A stretch of 64,000 nucleotides of DNA from Amoebidium appalachense (lineage: Eukaryota > Protista > Ichthyosporea). The notes beneath the pieces are model-generated. The model was not told where the DNA came from and ran no database searches. It saw nothing but the letters and a program-made list of their open reading frames with translations. Of the stretch, positions 39,602 to 52,998 are shown in pieces. How positions within the stretch are numbered: the stretch's first letter is position 1; each line of letters starts with the position of its first letter. The stretch covers positions 13,068,418 through 13,132,417 of the forward strand of contig CAVNZM010000001.1 in assembly GCA_963693365.1 (NCBI GenBank), written 5' to 3'. Made by a program: the position numbers and the translations under genes.

Positions 39602-41439
39602 ACACGGACCCTCTTTCAGGGGCAGGTCAGCCAGGACGGCCAGCAGGCTGACCAGAAACTCGTGGGCATCGTGCTGGATGTCGGCTTCAAACAGCCCCAC
39701 ACTCTGCCTGTGTGCCCAACAGTCAGACCTGCCCAACCTTCCAACCCCCCCCCCCCCCCGGTCCCCCCCGAGCACGCACCTGAGGGCCTGCAGTAGGTTG
39801 CCCGGGCTTGCAGGTGGGGGGGTGGTCCCATTGGTGCTGACGTCATGCAGACTGTCCAGCAGCAGTGCAAGCTCACGTGCCACGGCCCAATCCGCACCCT
39901 GCACGGTGGGTGACGTGAATACACATGCGTGCACATGCACATGCACAGTGATAAACAAACAGGCACGTACATCACATACACCCAGCACACACACACATGC
40001 ACACCTAGAGGGCATCATGCCATCACAGGTGGGGCCAGTCACGGCCTACCTCTGTGTTCTGTGGGCCCATGGCGCCGTGCAGGGCACTTATTGCACCTCT
40101 GAAGGGTCTGCAGTGGTGCAGGGCCTGCAGCACGGCATTTGCATAGCACGTGTTGCCCAGGTTGACCAGCCCCCGCTGTCCCGCTGCCTCCTCCCGGCCC
40201 AGCCCGGCAAGCCCCCGTGGTCCCGTCTGCCGCCCCCCCTCTCAGTTGTGTCCGTGCATGGCATGGCCGTTGCATGCATCTGGGTGCATGCATGTGTGTG
40301 TGCCGTGTGTATGTGGCCCGGCCTTTGCTTGCATGTGCCTGAGCCCGGGCCTTTTCGAGTGTTTGCAAGGTGACGTGTGCACGTGCCTGCCAGTGTTTGA
40401 CTGTGTGCACATACCGTCCCAGTGTTTGACTGTGTGCACATACCGTCCCAGTGTTTGACTGTGTGCACATACCGTCCCAGTGTTTGACGTGTGCACATGC
40501 CGTGCCAGTGTTCGACTGTGTGCACATGCTGTATACATGCAACCTACCGAGCTGCGGCTGGGGGCATCTCTAGGGGCCTGCTGGGCCTGGAAGAATGGTC
40601 GGGCCGGCTTTGTGGGGGCATCCTTCTTGCCTTTGAGCTTGAGCGACATGCGGGGCCGCTTGGAGCCAAGCCCACTGCCGTTGGACTGCGGCAGCATGGT
40701 GGTGAGTGCAAGGGGGGGGGGGGGGGAGGGGGGGGGGGAGGCCTTGAGGGGGTGTGTGCTGGACATGTTTGTCTAAATGTGTTTGGGTGTATGGGTGTGC
40801 AATACGTGTCTTGATGGCTATTTAGTTGGTGTAGTGTGCGTTTGGGAGAGTATGTGGTTTGTGTATGTGTGCTTGGGTGGCTATCTGGTTGGTGTTTGTG
40901 TTTGCGTGCTTGGAAATATGTGAGCTGGGTATCCTGTGTTTGGGTAGCTATATGATTGGTGTATGTGTACCCGGATGGTTGTGTGCACGGCTGTGTATCC
41001 GCTGCATATGCCTAAGAGCTGGCTGCCCGCGTGGACATATTCAGTAGGTGTTGTGTTTCTTTCGTTATTTGTGTGGGGTTTGGATTTATCGCAGGGCCAA
41101 GTGTGGGCAAGCTCACGTGAAAGCAGATGGCCCTAAAGAGGCATGTACAGTGATAAAGATAAGTGTGTGCTCGTTCTAATCCTGTAGCATGGCGCTGTGT
41201 GTAATTTAGTAGCAGGTGTAAGTGTGCACACTTGTGCCCACCTATGTGTGCTTCCCTTGAGGGCTTTGGCGTGTGGGTAAATATGATCCACTAGCTGGGG
41301 TGCGGGCATGCGACCATGCATACAAGTGTGCGATCGGTTGCCTGTCGTTCATGTGTGAAACCGAACGTGTGTTAGGGTGTGTAGGTGCACACATGCTTGA
41401 GTGTCTCTTGCATCTTCGTACATGCGCACACATGCGTGC

Positions 41440-41500
<61 letters not shown>

Positions 41501-41523
41501 TGTGCGTGCGTGTGTGTGTGTGC

Positions 41524-41574
<51 letters not shown>

Positions 41575-41998
41575 TGTGTATGTGTGTGTGTGTGTGGGTG
41601 TGTGCGTGTGTTGCTTCGGGTGCGTGCCTGCGTGCCATGTGTGGGTGCTTGCCAGTGTGCACATGGTACCTGCATATACACTTTGCGGAAGTGTGGTGGC
41701 ACTTTTGTATGTGTGTGCACTTCCCTTCTAAGTTCACCCATACGCATTCTGTTTGATTAGCTGGTGTGCATGGCTAACTGAGCCTAAACAGGCACACTAT
41801 CACACACCCAGCCAGATTTTCCGTCCATTCAGCCCTCTCCTGAGCCTACCCTCTCGCCCCCCCCCCCCCCCCCCCTCCCCCCCCTCCCCCTTCTTCCGCT
41901 CATCGTGAACATACCTGCATCAAGTCACCCAGCACATCCCGTGTCTTCCTGGGCCCAACCTCTTGCTCGTCTCCCGAGCCTTCTGTGGCGGCAGCCAT
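38445..41998 (-). CDS. USP1: Ubiquitin carboxyl-terminal hydrolase, USP1-like, multi-exon
   Basis: Cys box [35 protein letters not shown] zinc pair, [23 protein letters not shown], His box [26 protein letters not shown]. The N-terminal RMSLKLK and the ISSGHY/TEAER/TPYLLFY motifs resemble USP1. The first exon (ATG 41998) is less certain. Confidence 0.8.
40385..40530. repeat. Intronic minisatellite, ~29-nt unit x5
   Basis: CAGTGTTTGACTGTGTGCACATACCGTCC repeated just inside a USP1 intron. Confidence 0.85.
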
Positions 41999-43034
41999 GT
42001 CTCCCCTTCTCTGTGACTGCAGCAGGCACAGGCCCTTGCAGGTCGCTGTAGCCACTAGGGTGCGCCCTAACTGTTGTGTCCTCCTAGCTTGCTCACAGTG
42101 TCTTGTTTGAGACTGCGGGCTGCGAGCGTGTAGCCTCGTAGGTAATTCTCGTGAGTGCCGCGTGATCAATACTGTTCATAGAAAAACGTTACACTTTTGC
42201 CAAGACTAGACTAACTCAGCTGGTAATTACATATAAAGGGCGCTGCTGAGTGAGTGTGGTAGGTGGCTGTTTGGTTGCGTCTAGGCCTCTGCTCCTAGTT
42301 GTCCCAACGTGTGCCAACTATTTCGCTCTCTACTGTTGTTCTCCACTGTGTACACTGGGGGTCGTCGAACAGCCTAGCAGGTCGAGGGCACTCAAGGGCC
42401 TGGGGGGGGGGGGGGGGGGGGGGCGGGGGTGCTGCTTACGAATGATTGGCTGGCGTAAATTCTTAGTGGTTACGATTGGCGCAGCAGGCACCAGGCGGGA
42501 ACACACCTGATTGGTCCGCAATAAATTTTCCGGCATTGCATATGCTTTCGCTTTACACGCAACTAAAAGCTGTTTTATCAACTTCCTTACCGCGTTCATA
42601 TATTACCATGGCATGTCTACAAGAGTTGAGGAGGTGTTTTTTTAAAAGGTGTGCAACGCTCCAGATGGACCCCGGTAGTAGCTATAGTTTAATACACAGA
42701 AAAAGACAACGTTCACGCATAAGCTTTGTGTGTGCCATATGTCAGGCAAAGACGATGTGTTTAGGTGTGAGTGGTTCCCTAAGGTTGTCTTTGTGTGTGT
42801 GCCTTGCACGCACTGGTGTGTGTGATGTATGTATGTGTGTGAGTGTGTGCGTGCACGCGTGCGCGTGCGCGCAAGCCCGTGCGTCTGTGTGCGTGTGTGT
42901 GTATGTGTGCGTGTGTGCGTGTGTGCCACGGTCACGTGTGTGTATGTGTGTGTGTGTGTGTGTGCATGTGTTGCGGCCACATGTGTGTGTGTTTGTTCCA
43001 CGGTCACACGTGTGTCGCGGTGTGTGTGTGTGCG

Positions 43035-43087
<53 letters not shown>

Positions 43088-43249
43088 CCGTGTGTGTTTG
43101 CCACGGCGTCTTCCGGTGATTATGTGTATACGTAGGTGCGTGCGTTTGATGTTTTTGTGTGTCCGAGCATGTGCCTGGGTTTCTTATTTCTCGCAATATG
43201 TCCACTGGTGTGTGTTTGTGTGTTTGTGTGACGTGTGTGCGTGTGTACA

Positions 43250-43341
<92 letters not shown>

Positions 43342-44717
43342 TGTTTGTGTTTGTGAGTTGTGTGTGTTTGTTTGTGCGTGTGGCGTTAACTGACATCTAT
43401 GCACACACACACACACCGTTGACGCACATTTTCACGCTTCACCCGCACTGAAACTTTTACAAACGGTGATTATCAGAATCCTGAACTCCCTTGTGCGCCA
43501 AGTGTGCACCATGACACACACAAACACAACACACGCGCCACTGTGCGACCCGCACACACCCAAGACACAGACGCACACACAAGTGCAACAGTTGCACATC
43601 CCAGTGACTGCCTTAGCAGGTGCAGGACCCACAGGCAGCCAGCTACCAGCTCCAACCCACATGAGCCGGCATACATGTATCATCATCAATCCAAACTGCT
43701 TCCAAGAACCATTCCTCCCCTCCCCCCCCTCCCCCCCCCCCTCCCCCCCCCCTCCCCCCCCCCCCCCCCCCCCCCCCCTTCCATCCCATTTCAAGCTGGA
43801 CTAGGTGTATGCCGACCATTCTCAGTATTCAGGGGGCACGGGGTTGTGTCCAGGACAAACTGAATGAATCACAACATGTATAGCTGATGTTTATGGTGGC
43901 CAGATTTCCCTATAATGTTCCATATACACGAGTGAACCATTTTGAATAAGACCACTCCCCCTCCCCCCCCCCCCCCCCCCCCCCCCCCGCAATCCACCCA
44001 CCCACCCACCCACCCACCACCCCCATGACCAACACCCTCCCCCCCCCCCCACCCCCCCCCCCACCCACCGGTGCGGGTGCGCCCTGCCCCCCTCCCCCTC
44101 CCTCTTCACTATCATCTCTGTGCACAACAGTACTCGACATGCATCACCTGGCCGGTTGCCGAGCACAGGCCACCAGTCACTTCACCAGTGTAGAGCAGGG
44201 AGAGCAGTGTCCGGCACATAATCACTTTTTTTTTTTTAATTAAAATTTTATCCCGTCTCGATTTTCATTCACCTCACAGATCTCGCTACAATTGGCACTT
44301 GGCTCTGTCTACATACACCCCCAGGCCGCTGAGGACGACATACTGTTAGTATTATTAATGGAATAAAGCGGGTCAGAGTTTGGCAAGTACTAATCCTCTC
44401 ACTAGAGGTTTCCAGCCCAAAACGTCACTCTTTTTGTGCCCCTGCATTCCATGACTGCACACGAGTATGCATGCATCGGCACCCTAAGACCAATGGCATT
44501 ATACATGGTGTTACGTGTGTAAAAGTTTCACTTGATACTAAAGCTGGAACTAGTTCTTTACTGATGACAAACAAAAAAACAAATTCGTCGAGCTTCATGT
44601 GGAGTATCAAAAGTGTTGCGGACCTTGATGATAAGCTCGTATGTATGCTTCACAGGAGCTATGCGCACAACAGCGCCGTGCGGCCTCCTGCACCATCAAT
44701 AGACCAATCCCCAAGGT

Positions 44718-45020
44718 GGGCCCAACCACGTCGGAAATATTCTGCAAAAGCAGATTCTGAAAAAGCAGAATTATTCTGGTTTGAGCAGATCGCTATGCTT
44801 TTGGCAGAATTCTTCCTTAAAAAGCAGAATGATTCAATTTGCATTCCACAGCAGAATAACTGAATAATTCTGCTTTTAGCAAAATAATTCTGCTCTTGGC
44901 AGAATAGTTCTGCTGTTTGCAGAACAATTCTGTTTAAATATTAGCAGAATAAATATTAATTTGCTTTTGCTAAATAAATGCTGCTCGAAGCAAGTTGACT
45001 CAGCCGCCGTGGTTGGGCCC
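44718..45020. mobile_element. MITE-like non-autonomous DNA transposon
   Basis: Perfect 13-bp TIR GGGCCCAACCACG / CGTGGTTGGGCCC. The AT-rich interior has about 10 copies of the palindromic GCAGAAT(A/T)ATTCTG motif, and CAAG(G) occurs near both ends. Confidence 0.75.
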
Positions 45021-46150
45021 TGCAAGGGACCCACCTACCGCACTGTGCATGATGGTGCTGGTGGCAGTGATCGCCCTGTTGACTCGGAAGTGCCCAATAC
45101 TACCCATGCACCTTGAAGGCTTCTGGGCCTTCGATATCTGGTCCGGTGTTTCCCACGCGTGTAGGCTGTAGGCTTGGGGAAACGTCACTTGCATGGTCGG
45201 GCACCCTATTCAATGTCTACAGAGCTCTAGAGGTCACTGCTTAGGCCCACAACGCCATGCCTCATGCTTATTGCACAGTGTAAATGTGTGCCGACGCGCA
45301 TGGCTCTGAACTGCCTTTATTCTCATTGTCATTGTCATTGCGATTATCGGTATACATGATTTATTGCTCCCATACAACGTTGCAGCGCACATGCTCTTCA
45401 CTTTATAAAGTTGGCAGCGATAATTAACACATGCACAATAAGTTGTGGTTTTATTCGCCCCTTACAACATCTAGTGACCATTGAAGCCATACAAGAAGAC
45501 AAGAGGTCATGGTCTATTCACCTCATACAACATGTACAGGCCGTGATTAATGCCCCCATACAAGAGGCAGTGATTATTGCGTCCACATGACGTCACACAT
45601 TATTGCGCCCATACATACAGTACTGTACACACATCTCTATACGAGGCCGGCACTGCACATGAACATTCAGGGGCATTCTTAACCTGCTCTTCCTCCCTCC
45701 TCCCCCCTCCCCCCTTTTCCTTTGGTCTATCTATGAGGATACTAATCTATTACTGTGTGCGGATAGTTCCCGACCGTGCAATAACATTGTGTTACGACAC
45801 GGACACATGTCTCCTGCACCCTTCGTTCCACATCATACATTCAGTCTCAACCACACGGTTGACAGCAGACATGCTGCCTCTTGCCATATATGGGTTCCTT
45901 CATGATGCCCCCTGCTGGTTGCCTACTCTGCCTTCAGTCTGTGCATGGTCCAATGTGAGCCAATACCCTCCATGCACCGAGCATTGCAATATTCATCAAC
46001 CCCAACCCCGCCCTCTCCCCCCGGCCGGCACCCAAGTCCATACGGCCATCCAACTCTTCTGCATCAACGAGCCAGGCCTGACGGTGGCCGACACACCCCA
46101 GAGCGCACCAACACAACAAAGAATGGAACCAAGGTCAAGGTACCTTATTC

Positions 46151-47764
46151 TCATTTCCCTTTCAAGCTGCCGAAGGGAAAGAGGAGGGAGAGCAAGGAGC
46201 AGGGATACCAAAGCACGTAACCAGAGGCTCGACTCGCATGTCCAAAAAAATCAGCCCCCCCCCCCCCCCCCCTTCCGCCACCATCCCAACGCCCCCGCGC
46301 CTCAAAGACCCATTCATCCCCCCCCCCCCCCCCCCCCCCGGCCGCCCTCTGGCCCAAAGGATCTGGGGATCTGCCAGCAACACCCTCCTGTGTTAACCCT
46401 TCACACATGAACCAACTTGCCCCCCCCCCACCCCCCCCCCCCCTTCCCCCCAGTAAGGCAGCAAGAGCACAGACACGAACCTTGCAGCCTCGGCCAGTTT
46501 CTTTGTGCGGCGGCTGTTGAAGGCCACAAACAGGGCCAGGAAGTTGAGGTAGTTGGCGTACGACCACGTCAGCGACGGCACACTGCCCGGGGGACCGGCA
46601 CAGGGGCCTGGGCCCTGGAAGAAGATGTAGTTTGCAAAGATGGCCGTCATGACGCCCAGCACGGTCACAAACTGCACGATCTGGATACGCGTGATGTAGC
46701 GGCCCACCCAGCGGCTCAGGCCAAAGTAGGTCATGGCGTAGTAGGTGTACATGACCACGTGCACCCCCGTGTTGGTCAGCGGCCCAATCCTGCATCCCCA
46801 CCGTCAGCACTGGGCACAAAGGCTCCCACCGAAAGGGGCCGAATAGCCAAGGAATGAATAAACACAAAGAAGGAGGCAAGGGCCAGTCCTCAGGGTTGGA
46901 GGGGAAGAAGCGTCTCCGTATTTGCAGTGTACTAGGGCCAACATGCAACTTACCAGGTGCTGGGACCGGCATAAAACCAGGCAGCCCATGCGATGGAAGG
47001 TGTGATGAGGTGGTGGAACCAGTGCAGGAAGATCACGTCCTTCTTGCCGAGGATCAGGAACACTGTGTCGATGTACTCCCAGTACTTGCTCACGTAGAAG
47101 GCGTACAGATACAGGTCCATGCCCTGTGTCCACAGTCAGCCGGCAGCACCACCACAGCACACGGCCCAACAGCAACTACTGTACACTCGCCCTAAATCGT
47201 TCGCACCCGACTACGTATCCGGATCTCTCTTTGCCCCCCCCCCTCCCCCCCCCCCCTCTGCTTGCCTTGCAAACCAGCACACAGCCAGGGCATGTACCTG
47301 GTGCAGCTTGAGCTCGGGGTCGCACACGAGCAGGTTGGGGTCCCAGCCTGCCGCACTCCAGTTAACCACCAGGTGGTATGCTGTGCCGGCAAACATCCAC
47401 AGACTGCCTGCAGCGTGGAAGGGTCAGCGGTGCCCAGCAACCCTTGCACAGTAGCACAAGCTATTCTAAGCAGACAACCTAACGTCACAAACAAGACGTA
47501 GCGGGGCAGGACCACAAACTCCAGTACGAACACGCACTACTCTAAGCAGACATAGCTCACATGTTTGCAAACTGCGGGCAACACAAGCGCGTACATACCA
47601 ACGGCCAGCAGGGCGTTCGAGACCATGGCTGCAAAGCGCACACTCATGGCCTCGCGGTTCTGCATAGCTGCCTGGCCGCCAAACTTCAGCACCAGGTAAG
47701 CCGCGCCCATGCCTACCAGGCCCTGGAAGGACGTCAGCGACAGATTGGCGTAGTCTACAGCCAT
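46151..47764 (-). CDS. ELO/GNS1 family fatty-acid elongase (last exon uncertain)
   Basis: FYVSKYWEYIDTVFLIL, FLHWFHH histidine box, NTGVHVVMYTYYAM, YITRIQIVQF. ATG at 47764. A terminal exon SLKGK* ending at 46151 is a guess. Confidence 0.9.
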
Positions 47765-48464
47765 GGCGCCTGTGTGTGTGCTTCGTGTGTTCCCTAGGTG
47801 CTAGTGGTGGGTGTTTATGCGCACAACTGCAAGAGTACTGTACATGTGACTCAAGAAACAGAAATGACCGAAATGTTTGGCGTTTTATAGCTGGACCGTG
47901 GAAATTTTCCTTCATAAAGCTCTTTGTGATTGGATCTCGCCGTACGCACACCACATCGTCATTGTGCCACATGATTGGCTGAACCTAAAATAAGTCCAGG
48001 GCTTGAAAAGAGTCGAAGGGCTAGAACTCCAACCATGTCGCTGTGACTATTGGCTGTGTGCGCACCCTGATTTTCGGGAGTTGAAATACGACCAAAAATA
48101 GTCGTGTCGTAAAACGCCCAATTTCCAAATTTTCCACAAACAGTTATCATGTCGTTAGCACATTCCCCCCCCCCATATATGTTGTGCTATGTACCTTGTT
48201 GGATGGAAGTACTGTTTATCTTGATGCCGGCACTTCATTGCAGTAATAATTTTATTTTGATAGCAAACAGGACATTCCTCTTCCATTTACTATAAACAGA
48301 AATCCCACCAATATCCCCACTGTGGTCACATGAATACTATGTACCGTACATGGCGTACAATTCCCGGGATTTTGCAACACTTGGATTGCACACCCTGCCC
48401 TGTGAATACCCCGACTGTTGAACACAACTGTGTGCCTTTCTTTCTCTCTGTGTACTGACCTGCC

Positions 48465-49751
48465 ATGGGCCACTTGCTGCCTGTGCGCCACCACCCCAAG
48501 GCCCCGGCCTGGCCTGCGCAGCTGGCGGCACTTGTGCAGCGCAAGAGGCGCACGCGACCAGCAGGGTTCTTCGTGCTGTGCGTGCTGCTGTGCGTGCTGC
48601 TGTGGCTGGGCCAGGCCATCGTTCTGCGCCACAAAGACAAGTGCGACGTCACACGAGACCTTAGGCCGCTGCTGCTGCAGGTGCACGACACGTTTGTGGC
48701 GCAGGGAATAGAGTACGTGTCTGTGTGTAGGGAATAGAGTACGTGTGTGTGTGCAGGAAATAGAGTACGTGTCTGTGTGCAGGGAGTAGAGTACGTGTCT
48801 GTGTGCTGCGACATGTGCTTGTATGTGCTGTGCCGGAGCGCAAGTACAAGCTTGGTTGTGCATGCGAGGGTCTGAGCTTGTGCGCTATGGGCATACCTGG
48901 GAACCCGCATTTCGTACTTGTGTGTGTGTGTGTGTGAGTGAGTGATTGTGTGCGCACGCGGAGTTCGTGCGCTGATGCGTTTAGATGTGTGCTCTTGTGC
49001 TTGTGTAGGTGCAGGCACGTGTGTGTTTGTGAGTTTGTATGTCTAGGTGGTTTTTGCCAGTATGCATGGCCGGGGTCGGGCAAACTGCAGTTGGGGAAGT
49101 TGGGCAGCATCTGGGCGGGTGGGATCGATGTTTAGTTGCGCGCGTGTGTGCGTGCTTGCTGTGTTGTTAGTTCTAAAAAAATCTGGCTTACCAAGCATCC
49201 GACGCACGAAAGTGGCAAGAATTGCAGTTGCTCGTTGAAGACTGCAGCAGCACTGCACTCAAAAAGTTGCTTGTACTTGGTTTGCTTGCTCTGTGCTCTA
49301 TTATTTGCCCCTTACAGGCACCCGCTTTTGTCCGTACACCTTCTTTCGGCTGGCCCCACTTTTCATGGCCCCACCATTTTTCACTTCTATCCGCACGAAA
49401 ACCCCACTTTTCCCGCTGTGTATGTGCTAGTGGCCTTGGCCCGTTTGTGTGCTCTTTGTCTACCTTACACCCATAAACACACGACAGACACTGACTCAAA
49501 AAGAGCCTGTCGCATTGTCCACCCCCACCCCCATACCCACACACCCACTCAGACACATAAGAGGGCCTTTACCTGCATAACAGACCATCCTTAGACAAGA
49601 AAGGGTACACACAACCGCACATACAACGACCTCCCATAGGAATGGAAACCACGCTCTAATGGTCAAATCCACAATCGCACGTCCGCATACACGCATCCAT
49701 GGACGGAAGACGCACGGGCAACACCGTGTAAACACAGCCTGGCCAGGCAGG

Positions 49752-49795
<44 letters not shown>

Positions 49796-50835
49796 ACCCA
49801 CCCACCCACCCACCCACCCACACACACGCCTGACCGGGCCACACACAGATACTTTGCGGACGGGGGCACGCTGCTTGGGCTTGTGCGACACGGGGGCATA
49901 CTGCCGACGGAGCACGACGTGGACGTGGTGGTGGGGCGGCACGACTACGGGCGGCTGGTGGGGCTCAAGGGCTACTTCGGGGCACAGGGCCTGCACCTGT
50001 ACGTGCTGGGCGACTACATCTTCCAGAAGGCATGGCAGCGCTTCTGGTGCGCCCCCCTGCCGTAGTGGTGCATGCTGGCATATGATATCCCCCTTGTTTT
50101 GTTCGTGCGAGCACTGCGCACACCCATACTTGGTCCATTATCCCCCCCCCCCCCCCCCCCCCCCTCCCCTCCCCAACACAAACACACAGGTTCCCCCCCC
50201 CCCCCCCCCCCCCCCCCACCACCACCACCAAAAACACACACGCACCCCCCCCCCCCCCCCCCCCCCCCAAAACAAAAAAAACAAAAAAAAACAAACAACA
50301 ACATTAATAATAATAATAATAATGAAAAAAATAAAAATGAAATACAATAGAAAAGAAAGAAAAAGGAAAATTATGGAATAATTTTAAAAGATAAAATCAA
50401 ATAAAGCAAACGAACCAATATATAATAATAGTAAAAAATAAAAAAGGACCCCCCCCCCCCCCACGTCTCTGTCATATGCGCATGCACGACCAACTATGTG
50501 GCAAGATGGTTGGGCAGAACACTGGGTTTGGAGCCAGCAGCACATAGGACGATCATTGTAGCATGAGCTGGGTTGTGTGCAGTTACCGATTGGGCCTGCA
50601 GGGAGTGGAAGCCCTATTTGGAGCACCACCCATGTGCCCGGCTGTACGACCAGGCCAAGTGGTACTATGTGGACATCTACTGCTACGACACGGTGAAGGG
50701 CAGCGCCCTGCATGTACAGTACCCATACTTCAGGGACAGGATTAGAAATCCGGACCCTGACGCCCTGTACCACTGCAAGGAGAATGACGGTGGGTCCTCC
50801 AGGCTGTATTGGTGTGTGTGGGGGGGGGGGAGGGT

Positions 50836-50872
<37 letters not shown>

Positions 50873-52478
50873 ATACGTGGTGGTGGTTGGTTGGGGGGAG
50901 GGGGGGGGGGGGAGAGGGGGGAGAACCAGGGAAGTCATATAGACTTCTGAAGAGGAGAGGTGTGTTCGATAGGATCTTTGCGTAAAGGGGCACAGGTGGA
51001 TGCAAGCAACAGAATTACAGAGCCAGACAGTGGATGGCTGGTTGGGCCACAATTGTGTGCTGGGGGAAAGAACTGTGGTGTGCCTTTTCCCCTTTTCCCT
51101 TAAGAGGCGTTCATGACATAGGGGAAGCTTATCCGAGGGGTGGGGGGGTGGGGTGGGGGGGGGGGAGGAGGGTTGGATTGCACTCAGTGTGTGTGTTTGC
51201 AGTTCCCGGGGGCTGCCAGCCGGCCAGCAACAACTTGCCTGTGAGCTACATCGAGGCCTTCAACCGCAAGATGCCCGTGCCCCACCGCACACACGAGGTG
51301 CTGGTGTCCATGTACGGCCCAGACTACCTGGTGCCCGTGTACAAGGGATACAAGGTGCACAGCACACATGCATTTGTTTTGCTCGTGTAGGCACAGCCAG
51401 GCACAACCATAGGCAAAAAGCAATGACATGCACGCTCAGTCAGCCAGATACAGAGACGGCCACACATGCTGCCACAAACAGGCAAGCGTGCGCATTCAGC
51501 CTCATACGCACACACTGTCACACTTTCACACAGCCACATGCATCCACAAGCACACATCTCACAAAGACCCGCACATCAACACACTGTCACACACATGCAC
51601 ACGGTCACACTATGACGTGCACACAAAACACACATTCGCACATGCAAAAACAGCTCACACACAAACACACGGCTACGCAAGCACAGTCAAGCATGCACAC
51701 ACTCTTTTACATGCACAGCCTCAGTCACAGCTGAAAACACAGTCGACAATTGCACACACAATCACACATGCACATACACGGCCACACACTATGGGGTGGT
51801 AAGAGCAAGAATCGTTTTTTGACGACATGGGGATGTGATCCGGATGCCCAAAGTTTACCTCGATTTGACTGGTGGGATTCAATGGCTGACATGCCTAACC
51901 AATCAAATCGAGGCAAATTTCACCATGTGGCTCACATTCCCATGTCGTCAAAACATGATTCTTGCTCTGACCACCCCATAGTTCATGTGACACAATCGCG
52001 CATACACATAAGTATAAACACACAAACACAGCCACACATGCACACACATTTCAACACGCATGCACATCTAGATATGAAAACACAGCTACACAAGCACAGT
52101 CACACACGCACACACACAGACATGCGCACAAGCGGTGGGACATACATACACAGGCAGACATGTGCACATACAGCCACACATGCACACACACAGATATGCA
52201 CACACTCATGCAGTCACGCTGGAAGACAGAGTCACACTTGTACATGACACAAGCAAACACACACACCACACAGTGAGGTAACCGTACTTGGAAGAAAGCA
52301 ATGCCTGTATGTTTGGTGGTGACCCTGGGGCGGCGGCGGCGGCGGGGGTGGGAGGTAGTTTTTTAAGGCGCTGACATGTGAGTAGGTGCTGTTCTGCAGC
52401 CGGGGGGGCTGGTGGCTGCTGCTGGGGGCCGACCTGCTGCTGCTGGCCCTGTGGGGGCGCCTCTTTGCCCGCCTCTGA
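48465..52478 (+). CDS. LicD/fukutin-family nucleotidyltransferase-fold membrane protein
   Basis: N-terminal TM, then GIEYFADGGTLLGLVRHGGILPTEHDVDV (LicD motif), YVDIY and PVPHRTHEVLVSMYGPDYLVP. A final hydrophobic exon spans 52386-52478. Confidence 0.82.
48700..48805 (+). repeat. Tandem array x4 containing the 5' splice site
   Basis: GCAGGGAATAGA|GTACGTGTCTGTGTGT repeated from the exon end. Confidence 0.85.
51788..51982. mobile_element. Foldback MITE (~195 bp) in a LicD-gene intron
   Basis: About 50-bp near-perfect TIRs ACTATGGGGTGGTAAGAGCAAGAATC...GACGACATGGGGATGTGA / TCACATTCCCATGTCGTC...GATTCTTGCTCTGACCACCCCATAGT, plus an inner inverted repeat CCTCGATTTGA / TCAAATCGAGG. Confidence 0.85.
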
Positions 52479-52998
52479 CCTGCTTGCCTTCGATCACTTG
52501 TGGCATAGAAGTTTATAATTAGTCCTTTTATTTGCCCGGGATTCGGGCCACATTGTGTCTGCTGCATGCTGGATTCATGCTGCAGCAACCATAGTCACCC
52601 AGACACTGGGTGCATGCACGTATACTGTACTGTCAGGGCACCGGGCAGGCACCGGGCCCACTCCATACAAAGCAACCCCTAAACAGCTAAACGATAGACT
52701 GCCTTATGCTATAGCTAGGCAACAACTATACGCAGACCTGTACATATATATGTGGCCTGGCCGCTGGCCACACAGGCCAAAATATATTTTGAAATAAGAA
52801 TGCATCTGCCATTCCAGCAACGAGCACCGCACCGCTCTTAACCCATGCAGACATATGCATACCCTCGCAGCAGCAGCAGCCTGCCCAACCCTCCACCCAT
52901 ATGTCCATATATAGCGCCTTGGCTTGCTATGCATAGAGTATCCCAGCGCAGTTCCGGCAGCCAAATCCACTGGCCCAGGCACTATGCAGCCCAGGTGG

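Noticed and set aside
50047-50582. Possible splice-generated UGA (second selenoprotein) in the LicD gene
   Set aside because: It depends on one arbitrary donor/microexon choice. An alternative donor gives a sense codon, and I found no SECIS downstream.
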